A DNA stretch of 64,000 nt. Source: an uncultured delta proteobacterium (lineage in GTDB: Bacteria > Desulfobacterota > RBG-13-43-22). The DNA lies in contig CAWDKY010000017.1 in the NCBI GenBank assembly GCA_963802945.1, forward strand, positions 192,001 to 256,000. The letters run 5' to 3'. Numbering within the stretch: position 1 is the stretch's first letter; every line of letters begins with the position of its first letter. The translations under genes were made by a program, and so were the position numbers. Positions 37,381 to 47,699 of the stretch are shown here, in pieces. The notes beneath the pieces are model-generated. The model was not told the DNA's origin and did no database searches. It worked only from the letters and a program-made list of their open reading frames with translations.

Positions 37381-38748
37381 TTGGTTAAAACACAGACATC
37401 AGGGCCAACAATTCGGGATTTTTTGCGGGTAATTTTTTCACAGAAAAAGGTTATCATAGCCGCCATTCTGGGAGCGACCTTGCTGGCATTGATTATCAGT
37501 CTGCTCACACCGCCGAAATATGAATCGGCGACAAAAATATTAGCCAGAGAACGCAAAACAGAAAATCCCTTGGAACTTAAAAATTACTTCGACGTTCGGA
37601 CCGAGCGTGTGGCTTTCCTTCAGTCCCAGATGGAGATTATCCAAAGCGATGAGGTGGCCAGGAGGGTTCTTAGAAAAATAAATCCTGCTAAACAGGAAGT
37701 CGGTCCAAAAGAAACAAAGGCCTTCGTGTCGAAGATCAAGGTAATGTCCCCCAAAGGCTATGATATAACTAATTCGGATATTTTGTTTGTTCAAGTTTCT
37801 GATAATAATCCTGTAAAAGCCGCCGATGCGGCAAATATTTTAACTGATGAGTATATCAATTACACCTATGAGTTAAAAGGTAAAACATCCAAACAGACCA
37901 TAGATTTTCTGGAAAAACATTCCCAGGGTACCCTTGACAAATTGAAAGCCTTGGAGGAAGAGGTAAAAGTCTTTGAAGGGAAGGCCGGCCCTGATTTGGC
38001 CTTTCTGATTGCTACGGTTAAATCAAGCGGTCCCAATAATGAATTAATCAATTATAATACGAATTACGTTAATGCCAAAGCCGCTTTAATAGAAACGGAA
38101 AGCTATTTAAATCAACTGAGGGCCTTAGTCCGCAAGGGGACTCTCCCCAATAAGCTGATCAGGGAAAATCCCTTCCTGATTACTATGAAAGACAATATTG
38201 CTAAACTGCAAAATCAGTTAGCCAACCTTAGGTCCCAATATACGGATCAGTATCCTAAAAATATAATGCTTCTTAAAGAGATCGAATCGAATAAAAAAAT
38301 ATTAAAGCAGGAAATAGACGCGGATATTGATGGGCGATCTGTGGATGTAATAGCCCTGGAAGCTAAAATTAAATCTCTAAAAGAAACGGTGGACCATTAT
38401 ACGGCGTTGGCCCAAAAACAACTCGAATATTCCCGGATCTATAAGAATTATCAAATCGTTGAGGAGGAATATCAAAACCAAGTGCGGGACATTCAGAAGG
38501 CCAAGACGGCAGAAGCTATGGAGACTTATAAGTTGGCCAGTATTGAGATTATTGATCGGGCCAGGGTACCTAAAAGTCCAATCAGTCCCGACATCCTATT
38601 GAATATCTTAATTGGGGCGCTCCTCGGAGTTCTGCTTGGTTTAGGGTTGGCCGTCTTAAGAGATCGATTTGACCATACCCTGAAATCAATTGAGGATGTG
38701 GAACGATATATCAATTTGTCTAATCTGGGATCTATACCCCGTAGATAG
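37381..38748 (+). CDS. Polysaccharide co-polymerase (Wzz/GumC)
   Basis: Two TM helices flanking a coiled coil; PPKYES, IIDRARVPKSPISP, LGSIP. Confidence 0.9.
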   Translation: MVKTQTSGPTIRDFLRVIFSQKKVIIAAILGATLLALIISLLTPPKYESATKILARERKTENPLELKNYFDVRTERVAFLQSQMEIIQSDEVARRVLRKINPAKQEVGPKETKAFVSKIKVMSPKGYDITNSDILFVQVSDNNPVKAADAANILTDEYINYTYELKGKTSKQTIDFLEKHSQGTLDKLKALEEEVKVFEGKAGPDLAFLIATVKSSGPNNELINYNTNYVNAKAALIETESYLNQLRALVRKGTLPNKLIRENPFLITMKDNIAKLQNQLANLRSQYTDQYPKNIMLLKEIESNKKILKQEIDADIDGRSVDVIALEAKIKSLKETVDHYTALAQKQLEYSRIYKNYQIVEEEYQNQVRDIQKAKTAEAMETYKLASIEIIDRARVPKSPISPDILLNILIGALLGVLLGLGLAVLRDRFDHTLKSIEDVERYINLSNLGSIPRR

Positions 38749-38843
38749 TCAAATCCATTCTCTTTCTGAGGAGAAATCCCTTTCTTCTTATTGCCTTTTA
38801 AGGAATGAAGAAAAATCTATATTGAAATCAAGGAAAGGACTTT

Positions 38844-40355
38844 TTGTGTTTAAGGAGCCATAATACATTGGAAAAGAGGAGATTCTTAAGAGATGCCGCA
38901 TTTTATTCCAGCAGTCTTTTTTTGACTCGATTTCTTCTCTCCATTCGTGGGATTCTGATTCCTAAATTTCTTGGGCCGAGCCAATACGGCCTTTATAATG
39001 GTCTACTGCTTATTCCCGAATATTTACTCCACATTCATTTCGGTTCTTTAAATGCCCTGATACGGGAAATTCCTTTCAGTTATGGCCGCCAAGATCAGGC
39101 TCAAGCTGACCGTATAAGAAATATTGTCTTTTTTCAATATATTTTCAATACTACCTTCTCATTGTTGATTATTTTGTTGATCGCCTTCTTCGTCCGGGGT
39201 CGCTTATTACCTTCGGTCTTTTCCTATCTGGGATTAATATCTATTTGGATCTTTTTTTTATCCTTTGAGACCTTTTTTGATCAAGTAGCCAGGACCGATA
39301 ACCGTTTTGACATTTTATCCCGGTCTGAAATCTTTAAGTCCGTGGCTGGTTTTATCATTATGCTACTCCTGATATTAATCTGGGGTTTATACGGCTTGAT
39401 CACCTCCTTGATCCTGGCTTCGATTCTTAAAGGAGGCTATATTTATCGAGTAGTACAATATAAAATTAAATGGCAATGGGATTTTAAAGAACTAAAACGC
39501 CTGCTGACCATCGGATTCCCTATTTTTGTAGGGCTAATCTTTTTTACAATATTAAACAGTGTTGATCGGTTTATTATCATTGGCTTTTTGGAAAGGAAGG
39601 AATTAGGCTATTATGCTTTGGCTTTGACGGTCCTAAGTTTTCTTTTAATTATTTTAAATGGGACCTTTAGTGTTTTAGAACCGAAGATCTACCGGAATTA
39701 CGGAGCGAATGAGGATATCCAGGCGATTCGACCCATGATTTTGGAGGCCCTTTCCGGTATGACTTTGTTTTTCCCTTTGATCTTGGGGATTACTTATATC
39801 CTATTTCCTTTGATTGTCATCTTCTTTCTTCCAAATTATCTTCCTTCAATAAGATGTATTCGTATCATGGTCTTGGGTTCTTTCTTTTATATCTTTCAGG
39901 GGGGAACCTATAATTTTTTTGTGGCCATCAGTCGCCAGGCCTTTATTGTCAAAACCATAGGGATTTGTATTCTGGCAAGCTATGGGACCAGCTATTTCTT
40001 GGTCAAACAGGGATGGGGGATTGAGGGAGTGGCCTTAAGCACTATGGGTTCCAATGCCCTGGTTAGTGTGATCTTTCTCTTCATGGCCTTGTCACTCTTA
40101 TTCGACCAACAAAGGGAAAGGATCGGCTACTGTATTCGATTTTTTTATCCATTTTTTTTTGTGGTCCCCCTGGTAATTTTAATGGATTATTTCTGGCCTC
40201 TCCAAGGTGAGCTAATAAAAGATCTCTTTAAGACCTTATTAAAAGGGGGAGGGCTGATTCTTTTTTTGTTACCTTTTTTGTGGCAGTTAAAGAAAAAAAT
40301 AAAATTTTTTCGAGAATATGGTTATAATTACATATTTTATGAGAGTAAAAGTTGA
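38844..40355 (+). CDS. Oligosaccharide flippase (Wzx)
   Basis: LGPSQYGLY, DRFII, LGYYALA; multi-TM. Confidence 0.88.
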   Translation: MCLRSHNTLEKRRFLRDAAFYSSSLFLTRFLLSIRGILIPKFLGPSQYGLYNGLLLIPEYLLHIHFGSLNALIREIPFSYGRQDQAQADRIRNIVFFQYIFNTTFSLLIILLIAFFVRGRLLPSVFSYLGLISIWIFFLSFETFFDQVARTDNRFDILSRSEIFKSVAGFIIMLLLILIWGLYGLITSLILASILKGGYIYRVVQYKIKWQWDFKELKRLLTIGFPIFVGLIFFTILNSVDRFIIIGFLERKELGYYALALTVLSFLLIILNGTFSVLEPKIYRNYGANEDIQAIRPMILEALSGMTLFFPLILGITYILFPLIVIFFLPNYLPSIRCIRIMVLGSFFYIFQGGTYNFFVAISRQAFIVKTIGICILASYGTSYFLVKQGWGIEGVALSTMGSNALVSVIFLFMALSLLFDQQRERIGYCIRFFYPFFFVVPLVILMDYFWPLQGELIKDLFKTLLKGGGLILFLLPFLWQLKKKIKFFREYGYNYIFYESKS

Positions 40356-41114
40356 ATAAAACGGGATTGATCAACGGAGATGGTAAGCAATAAAAAAGGA
40401 GATAACCATGGATAGCGTGGGAGGTATTTATCTCTTAATCATCGGAATCTTGGTGGCCGTTCTTTTCTTTTTAATCTTTGCTCTATGGGGGCATATTACC
40501 ATTATATCTTTCAGGGGGGAACCTATAATTTTTTTGTGGCCATCATCGTCAGGCCTTTATTGTCAAAACCATAGGGATTTGTATTCTGGCAAGCTATGGG
40601 ACCGGCTATTTCTTGGTCAAACGGGGATGGGGGATTGAGGGAGTGGCCTTAAGCACTATGGGTTCCAATGCCCTGGTTAGGGTGATCTTTCTCTTCATGG
40701 CCTTGTCACTCTTATTCGACCAACTAAGGGAAAGGATCGGCTACAGTATTCGATTTTTTTATCCATTTTTTTTGTGGTCCCCCTGGTAATTTTAATGGAT
40801 TATTTCTGGCCTCTCCAAGGTGAGCTAATAAAAGATCTCTTTAAGACCTTATTAAAAAGGGGGAGGGCTGATTCTTTTTTTGTTACCTTTTTTGTGGCAG
40901 TTAAAGGAAAAAAAATTTTTTCGAGAATATGGTTATAATTACATATTTTATGAGAGTAAAAGTTGAATAAAACGGGATTGATTAACGGAGATGGTAAGCA
41001 ATAAAAAAGGAGATAACCATGGGTAGCGTGGGAGGTATTTATCTCTTAAGCCTCGGAATCTTGGTGGCCGTTCTTTTCTTTTTTATCTTTGCTCTATGGG
41101 GGGATATTACCATT
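39887..41114. repeat. About 615-bp imperfect tandem duplication (wzx 3' end + wzy 5' end)
   Basis: 39887-40503 repeated at 40502-41114 with substitutions and small indels; creates chimeric ORF 40408-40638. Confidence 0.92.
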
Positions 41115-42411
41115 GTTTTCCTTTTCTGGTTTTTCTCATCCATTTTTTTGGGTAAGGAGTTCTTTTTAGTATCTGTCCCGGGCTTACCGGATATTTATAT
41201 AGAGCGGCTGGTTTTCATCGCCCTCGCGGCGGTTTTTTTATACCTGATTTGGATGAGGAGGGAGCGTCTTTTGCCGAACACGGCCATAGAGTATTGGATG
41301 ATTTTATTGCTGGTCGTTTCATTGGTTTCTATGAGTCTGACGGGTTTCTTGGCGATTTCGAAGAGATGAACTGCAACCCTTTTCTATGTTCCTGAGTGGT
41401 TTTCTCTATCCTTTTTTCTTTTATTATTTTGGGAAGACAATAATCCATACTGAGCAGAGAATCCGGATTCTCCTTTGGGCTTTTTTCCTGTTATTTATGT
41501 ATCTGGTCATAACCAGCTATCTGGAGCATTTTAAGATTAATAGCCTGATCTTTCCCAAGTACATCACCAATCCTCTGGTGGGAATTCAATTTGGTCGGGC
41601 TCGGGGGCCTTTTGGTGTTTCCTCGGTTAACGGTTGGTTCATAAGCTCTCTGTTTTTCCTCACCCTCTTTTTGAGATCGAGGATTTCGGGTGAAGCCATG
41701 CGGTTTTGGATGCTCTTATTCTTATTTTTAACCATTCCTGCTATTTTTTACACCTATACCCGATCGTCATATCTATCTTTTCTGTTACCCCCCCTGGTAG
41801 TTTTTGTTTTTTCCAAGGGGATGATCTTTAAGAGACGCTTTCTGGTTTTCCCCTTGGTGATCCTAATCTTTTACGTTTTTGTGAACTGGCAAAACGTGGT
41901 TAGTCAGGAACGGGAGTTGGGTGGGGTTTACCAGGTTGCGGAAGTCAAGGATCGACTTGCCCTTTATGCGGCTACCAAGGCCATTTTTAAGGAACGTCCC
42001 ATTTTCGGCATCGGCTTCGGGCGGTTTGGAAGAGAGGCTAACCTCTATGTGACAGGCCTCGGTCTCAGGACCAATGTCGGTGCGACTGCCCAGCACAACC
42101 TTTTTTTCTCACTGGTGTCCGAGGTGGGACTCATAGGGCTGATACCCTTTGTTCTGCTCCTTTTTTTTAGCCTGAGGTACAGTTGGCTTTTGTTTCGCAA
42201 TTTAGGAGAAGAAGGGGTGATCAGCCGTGACCTGGTGATCACCTTCTGGGCCATGATGATTATTTATTTGGTCAATTCCTCTTTTACACAGACCCAGTTC
42301 TTTACCTCTGCTAATTCCTTTATTTTCCTATGGATCGGCATCGTGGTGGGACTCTATCAGAGAAACGTAATACAAGTTCCTGATGAAGGGTTTGAACGGA
42401 ACATATCGTGA
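41019..42411 (+). CDS. O-antigen ligase / Wzy polymerase family, frameshift near 41365
   Basis: ORFs 41019-41369 and 41386-42411; RARGPF, TYTRSS, PIFGIGFG, HNLFF..SEVGLIG. Confidence 0.85.
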
Positions 42412-42468
42412 GACCTTCCTGATGCTAAGATTTAAGACCGGCAACCAAGAGGAGATCCCTTAATAAAG

Positions 42469-43509
42469 GTGAATAAATGTTACCATCCATTGTCTCTGAG
42501 GCTGAAAGGTTTCATCTGGAATCTGGCCTATATCTCTGGTCTCCTCTTTTTGTTGGAAAGGATAAAAAGTAAGCCGGCTGATAAGGGTATCATATTTTTC
42601 TATCATCGTATTCATCCCAATTTCAAGAGCGATTTTTGGAATTTAAGTATCCCCCCATCTCTTTTTCAAAGACAATTATTTCTGATTCAAAAAAAAGGAT
42701 CTTTTGTTGGCCTGAGGGAGTTTTTAGAGCCAAGCCAAAAGAGGCCTTCTTCTTCCAGAACTCCTCAAATAGTCCTGACCTTTGATGATGGGTATCGGGA
42801 TGTTATAGATTATGCTTGGCCGATCATGCGGTCATTGAGCATCGTTCCCCATCTGTTTGTGTGTACTGATCCCCTGCTCCGGGGGATCCCCCTTATCTGG
42901 GATCTCTTGGCCCGAGCTGTACAAGATTTTCCGAGAAAGGAAATTCATTTCAGGGATTCTTCCGGACAGGTTCGCTCCTTTTTATTGCAAAACGACACAG
43001 ATAAAAGGATTTGTGTCGATCAATTGAATCAAACCCTTTTAGGGGTCAGTCGGAAAAAATTGAAAAAGGCCCTGGATGATCTATTCCTATCCTTAGAGAA
43101 AATAAGTACGGCAGACCTGGCCGGAATGTATCTAAATCTGGACCAAGCCAGGATCTGTCTTCAGGAGGGAATTGAAATTGGAGCCCACACGGTTTCCCAT
43201 CCTTATTTAACTAAGATCCCTAACACGGAATGGGAGCAGGAGATTCGGGGTTCGAAAATAGAACTTGAGTCCCTTCTAGGCCGGGAAGTCCCCTATTTTT
43301 CTTATCCATCCGGAGAATTCAATGCTGAAGTCAGAGAGTATGTCCGGCAAAGCGGGTACCAGGCTGCCTTAGCTACCGGGAAAAGGCCAGTTTTTTTAGA
43401 TGATCAAGATCCTTATTCTGTTCCCCGGTTTTGTCCCGCCAGGGTGATCTCTATGGGAAAATTCTATGCCTTGGTCTCCGGGGTAAAGCCGGAATGGTTC
43501 ACCCAGTGA
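42469..43509 (+). CDS. Polysaccharide deacetylase
   Basis: FYHRI, LTFDDGYRD, IGAHTVSHP, FSYPSG. Confidence 0.92.
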   Translation: MNKCYHPLSLRLKGFIWNLAYISGLLFLLERIKSKPADKGIIFFYHRIHPNFKSDFWNLSIPPSLFQRQLFLIQKKGSFVGLREFLEPSQKRPSSSRTPQIVLTFDDGYRDVIDYAWPIMRSLSIVPHLFVCTDPLLRGIPLIWDLLARAVQDFPRKEIHFRDSSGQVRSFLLQNDTDKRICVDQLNQTLLGVSRKKLKKALDDLFLSLEKISTADLAGMYLNLDQARICLQEGIEIGAHTVSHPYLTKIPNTEWEQEIRGSKIELESLLGREVPYFSYPSGEFNAEVREYVRQSGYQAALATGKRPVFLDDQDPYSVPRFCPARVISMGKFYALVSGVKPEWFTQ

Positions 43510-43582
43510 TATGGTCTTTTCCTTTTTTTAACAGGACAAAAAAATTTTATGTCAAAACCCCCTGAATACCCCGTGCGGAAGC

Positions 43583-43852
43583 ATGGGGTTATTTACTTAT
43601 AAAGAGGTGGATGAACTGCTTCGGGGGAAGGGGATAGGCAAGGCTCTTATTGCTAAAGTCCTTAAGATGTTTGCCGAGGCTGGATGGAGATACACCTTCT
43701 GCCACATCCCCCCTAAGAATACGACTTCCATAAGGGCAGTTGAAAGTTGCGGCTTTAGAAAGATGGAATTGGTCCGGTTTGTCGAGATGGTTGGTTTCAA
43801 ATGGAAAAGCAAGAAGATCGAGGATTTCCTGGTAAGGGGGATAGGGGATTGA
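43583..43852 (+). pseudogene. GNAT acetyltransferase C-terminal fragment
   Basis: RGKGIGKAL acetyl-CoA motif, NTTSIRAVESCGF; N-terminus appears missing. Confidence 0.6.
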
Positions 43853-45051
43853 ACCGACACTCTCCCATTAAAGTATTTCATATCACCAATACCCTGAGGA
43901 TCGGAGGGGCCGAAAATGCTCTTTGTCTTTTGGTAAAAAATCTCGATCCCAAACGATTCTCCCCGACAGTAATCTGTATCCGAGCAGGTGGCCCACTGGA
44001 AGAGGATTTGACCCAGGCGGGCATCCCGGTTAAAATTTTGCACAGGAATCTGAGATCAGTACTTCTTTTTCCTCTTTTTCTTTGGGATGTGCTGGTCATT
44101 TTCTGGGATTTGTATCATCTTTTTAAAAGGGAACATCCGGGAATTATTCAAACCCATCTGCCGGCCAGCGATTATTTAACCATAATGGCCGGAATATGGG
44201 TTGGTATCCTGCCCATAATTTATACCTTTCATAGCAGCACCTTTCTTCCAATACGACGAAGGAAAAGTCTTCGGACTTGGTTGAGGATAAAACTTACTCA
44301 ATTCCTCTGTCGACGGGTGCAAATCATTGTGGCTGTCTCTAAAGCCATACAAGACAAATTATTAGAAGTGGTTCCCGGCCAAGCGGACTCTATCCGGGTT
44401 ATTGCCAACGGAATAGATGTGGCTGCTTTTAGATCAAGACAGCCTGAGATGAGAATAAAACAAAAAATAGGGATGAACCAGGAAGATATATTGATTACGA
44501 CGGTTGGCTCATTAAGCTCGGTTAAGAATCAAGCCATGCTTTTAAAGGCAGCATCAAAATTGATTATCGCTTATCCAAAAGTGCGCTTTATTATTGTAGG
44601 GGAAGGGCCACTTAAAGAGGAACTTCTTCTCTTGAAGGAAAACTTGGGTCTTAACAACTATTGTCTCTTTTTGGGTCTAAGGAAGGATATCCCGGAAATT
44701 CTCTCTGATACCGATATTTTTGTCAGCACTTCGCGTTGGGAAGGTCTCCCTCTGGCTATTTTGGAGGCCATGGCCGCCTCGGTACCGATAGTGGCCACGG
44801 CTGTCCCCGGTATTAAGGAGGTGTTGGTGGATGGATCAGGAATATTAGTTCCTTTGAATAATGTGGAAGAACTAAAAAAGGCCCTAGATAGATTGATCAA
44901 GGATCATCAGTTAAGGCAAACAATAGGGAAGAAAGGGCAAGAAAGGGTATCCCATTTCTATTCTTTAAGCACTTTTATTCATCGATGGCAGGACCTTTAT
45001 GAGGAACTGATTTTAAAGGCCGAAGCGAGAAGAGGAGGTTCCGAGCAATGA
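43849..45051 (+). CDS. Glycosyltransferase family 4
   Basis: GGAE, NGID, KNQ, EGLPLAILEAMA. Confidence 0.92.
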   Translation: MNRHSPIKVFHITNTLRIGGAENALCLLVKNLDPKRFSPTVICIRAGGPLEEDLTQAGIPVKILHRNLRSVLLFPLFLWDVLVIFWDLYHLFKREHPGIIQTHLPASDYLTIMAGIWVGILPIIYTFHSSTFLPIRRRKSLRTWLRIKLTQFLCRRVQIIVAVSKAIQDKLLEVVPGQADSIRVIANGIDVAAFRSRQPEMRIKQKIGMNQEDILITTVGSLSSVKNQAMLLKAASKLIIAYPKVRFIIVGEGPLKEELLLLKENLGLNNYCLFLGLRKDIPEILSDTDIFVSTSRWEGLPLAILEAMAASVPIVATAVPGIKEVLVDGSGILVPLNNVEELKKALDRLIKDHQLRQTIGKKGQERVSHFYSLSTFIHRWQDLYEELILKAEARRGGSEQ

Positions 45052-45486
45052 AGGGCAACGAAAACGTATCCTGTATCCGCTAAGGAAGGCAAATAAGATC
45101 TGGGACCAGGCCAGGATGAATATATCATCGGACAGATGGCCAACTGGCAACCGGTTGATAATCATCCCTTACGGCCTTAAACGGCTAAAGGATTTTTAAA
45201 CAGGTGGGGAAAGACTTTGAAAAAGGTTTATTTGGACCTTGCTGAGAGTAGCGCCGGATATTGGCGGGATTCCTGAATTGATCTTCTCCGGTATTCAGGG
45301 TCTGCTTTTTCCTCCCCCCGAAATCCCGAGGTGTTAACCGATCAACTTCTTTCCCAACCTCAACTGGCCAAGCGACTTGGAGAGGAGGTATTAAAGAGAG
45401 TGAAGGTTTCTTTGACTTTGGACCTGAGGCTGAAAAGGATGGAAGACTTAATGATTTCACTCCTTCGACAGCAAGGATTGTAGCCG

Positions 45487-46569
45487 ATGGCTCGTGCCAT
45501 CCTGATGATTGGAGCCCATCCTTATCGGGTCAAAGGAGGTGTTTCCGGTTGTGTTCGTAATATCCTCTCTTCCGATATCGTCCAGGAATTTCCAATAGAC
45601 TATATTGCAACCATGGTAGATGGTCCTTGGTTGCTGAAATTAGGAACGGCAATCCGGGCTTTATTTATTTTTTTATTCAAGCTGTCTTTTTCCCGCCCAT
45701 TGCTGGTGCACGTCCACGGCTCGAAAGAAGCCAGTTTTTACCGGAAAATGTTTTTTATGGTCTTGGCCAAGGTATGGAGAAAAAAAATCATTTTTCATTG
45801 TCACAGTGGAAAATTTGATCAATTTTATTTTGGAGAAAAGGATTGGCAGAAAACCCTGATTCGAAGGGTGCTTTCGTTATCTGCCCGGGTAGTGATCCTC
45901 TCTCCCCATTGGGCTCTTTTTTTCTCTCAACTGGTTCCATCATCCAAGTTGAAGGTGCTGGAGAATGCCGTTCCTCTAAATTTATATCAATCGATGAGGG
46001 CCGAATTTCCTAAAGCCTTGGAACCCACTATTCTTTTTGCAGGACTGTTAACCAAAAACAAAGGCATATTCGACCTGATTGCCATTGTCCCTGAACTGGT
46101 TAAAAAGATACCTTCCCTCAAGGTGCTTTTGGCCGGGACCGGAGATGTTCCAAGGATTAAAGCCATACTCCAAAGCAGTCACATCGAAGGATCGGTACAA
46201 CTTTTGGGATGGGTGGATCCGCAGCAACTCATCGAGCTTTACAGTCAGTCGCACCTTTTCGTACTCCCGTCTTACTACGAAGGATTACCGATGGTCCTGT
46301 TGGAGGCTATGGCTTGCGGGCTTCCTATTGTCGGCACCCGGGTGGGAGGAATTCCAGAACTGATTGAGGAAGGGGAGAATGGGATCCTGATTCATCCAGG
46401 GGACCGGGACGCCCTTTTAAATTCATTGGTCTGGCTGTTGAACGACCCGATCCTTCGAGAGCACATGGCCTTGAAAAATGTTCAAAAAATAAAAGAAAAA
46501 TATGATATACCTATGTATATTCAAAAATTAAAAAACCTATACCGAGATATCCTGGGAGAGAAACCATGA
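45487..46569 (+). CDS. Glycosyltransferase family 4
   Basis: KGIFDL, LPSYYEGLPMVLLEAMACG. Confidence 0.93.
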   Translation: MARAILMIGAHPYRVKGGVSGCVRNILSSDIVQEFPIDYIATMVDGPWLLKLGTAIRALFIFLFKLSFSRPLLVHVHGSKEASFYRKMFFMVLAKVWRKKIIFHCHSGKFDQFYFGEKDWQKTLIRRVLSLSARVVILSPHWALFFSQLVPSSKLKVLENAVPLNLYQSMRAEFPKALEPTILFAGLLTKNKGIFDLIAIVPELVKKIPSLKVLLAGTGDVPRIKAILQSSHIEGSVQLLGWVDPQQLIELYSQSHLFVLPSYYEGLPMVLLEAMACGLPIVGTRVGGIPELIEEGENGILIHPGDRDALLNSLVWLLNDPILREHMALKNVQKIKEKYDIPMYIQKLKNLYRDILGEKP

Positions 46570-47678
46570 TAAAAAATATCTTGGAAGATTTTAAGGACTT
46601 TGAAGTTTATCAAGGGGAGTGGGAGAAAATCCTGGACAATATGCCCGCGGATTCCCCTTTTTTGACTTATGAATGGCTTTCCACCTATTGGAAGCACTTT
46701 CAGAAAGACGGGAAACTGATGGGCATGGTGTTTAAGGATGAGGCCCAAGTCCAAGGGATTATTCCTTTGATGGTCTATCGTGAAACCATCAAATTTTATC
46801 CCTTGCGTAAAATTTCTTTTGTCGGCCGGAGGTATTCCGATCGGGCCGACTTGATTATCGGCAAGAACAAAGGGAAAGTCATTGATGCCTTAATCCATTT
46901 TTTCGCCGAGGATTTTCGAAATTGGGATGTGATTCATTTGGAACAGATTCCAGAACAATCCGATTCCATTGGGATGTTGCGTCACTGTGCCCGGAAAAAA
47001 GGGTTGTTGTTTGAATGTTGGGAACAGACCGTCTGTCCCTATATTATTCTCAATCAGGAATTGGGCCGGATGATGGAAAAACGGGACGCATCTTTTAGAA
47101 AAGAAATTCGAAAATCGGCCCGAAGACTTCAAGATATGGGAAAGGTCACCTTTTCCCGTTCGATTTCTCATGAGAACATAGATGAATTGATTAAAACGGC
47201 CGCTTTGGTGGATGAAAAAAGTCATAAGTTTCAGGAAGGGAAAACCCTCTTTACTAACTCAGTAACCCGGGAATTTTTAAGGGATGCAACCAAGGCTTTC
47301 TCTCAGAGGAAGTGGCTCGATTTCGCCACCCTGGAGTTGAATGAAGTACCCATCGCCTATGAATTTCATTTCCGCTATAAAGAAAAAAATTTTGCTTACA
47401 CCGGCTCTTATGACCAGGAATATGCTTCCTTTGCCCCGGGAACAGGTATTATGTACCGGCTTATCCAAGATTCCATTGATCAAGGCATAAAAGAATATGA
47501 TCTTCTCCAGGGAGGGCATGAATACAAGTGGCGCTGGACCGATAGGGGACGAAAGCACTATCAGTTGATGATCATTAATAACACCCATTATGCACGAATT
47601 TTCCATTATTTAAAATTCAAATCCCGGAAGGAATGGCGGGAAAAGACGAAGGTTATCGAAGAATCGGCGCAGGATTAA
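46566..47678 (+). CDS. CelD/BcsL-like GNAT acyltransferase
   Basis: PFLTYEWL, CPYI, YASFAPG, YDLLQGGHEYKWRW. Confidence 0.88.
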   Translation: MIKNILEDFKDFEVYQGEWEKILDNMPADSPFLTYEWLSTYWKHFQKDGKLMGMVFKDEAQVQGIIPLMVYRETIKFYPLRKISFVGRRYSDRADLIIGKNKGKVIDALIHFFAEDFRNWDVIHLEQIPEQSDSIGMLRHCARKKGLLFECWEQTVCPYIILNQELGRMMEKRDASFRKEIRKSARRLQDMGKVTFSRSISHENIDELIKTAALVDEKSHKFQEGKTLFTNSVTREFLRDATKAFSQRKWLDFATLELNEVPIAYEFHFRYKEKNFAYTGSYDQEYASFAPGTGIMYRLIQDSIDQGIKEYDLLQGGHEYKWRWTDRGRKHYQLMIINNTHYARIFHYLKFKSRKEWREKTKVIEESAQD

Positions 47679-47699
47679 TCAGATACAGGTCTATCAAAC

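Noticed and set aside
40408-40638. Independent 76-aa gene
   Set aside because: It is a chimera of the wzy start and out-of-frame wzx sequence created by the tandem duplication
45052-45486. Gene in the gap between two GT4 genes
   Set aside because: Only short broken frames; possibly a remnant but no family can be supported
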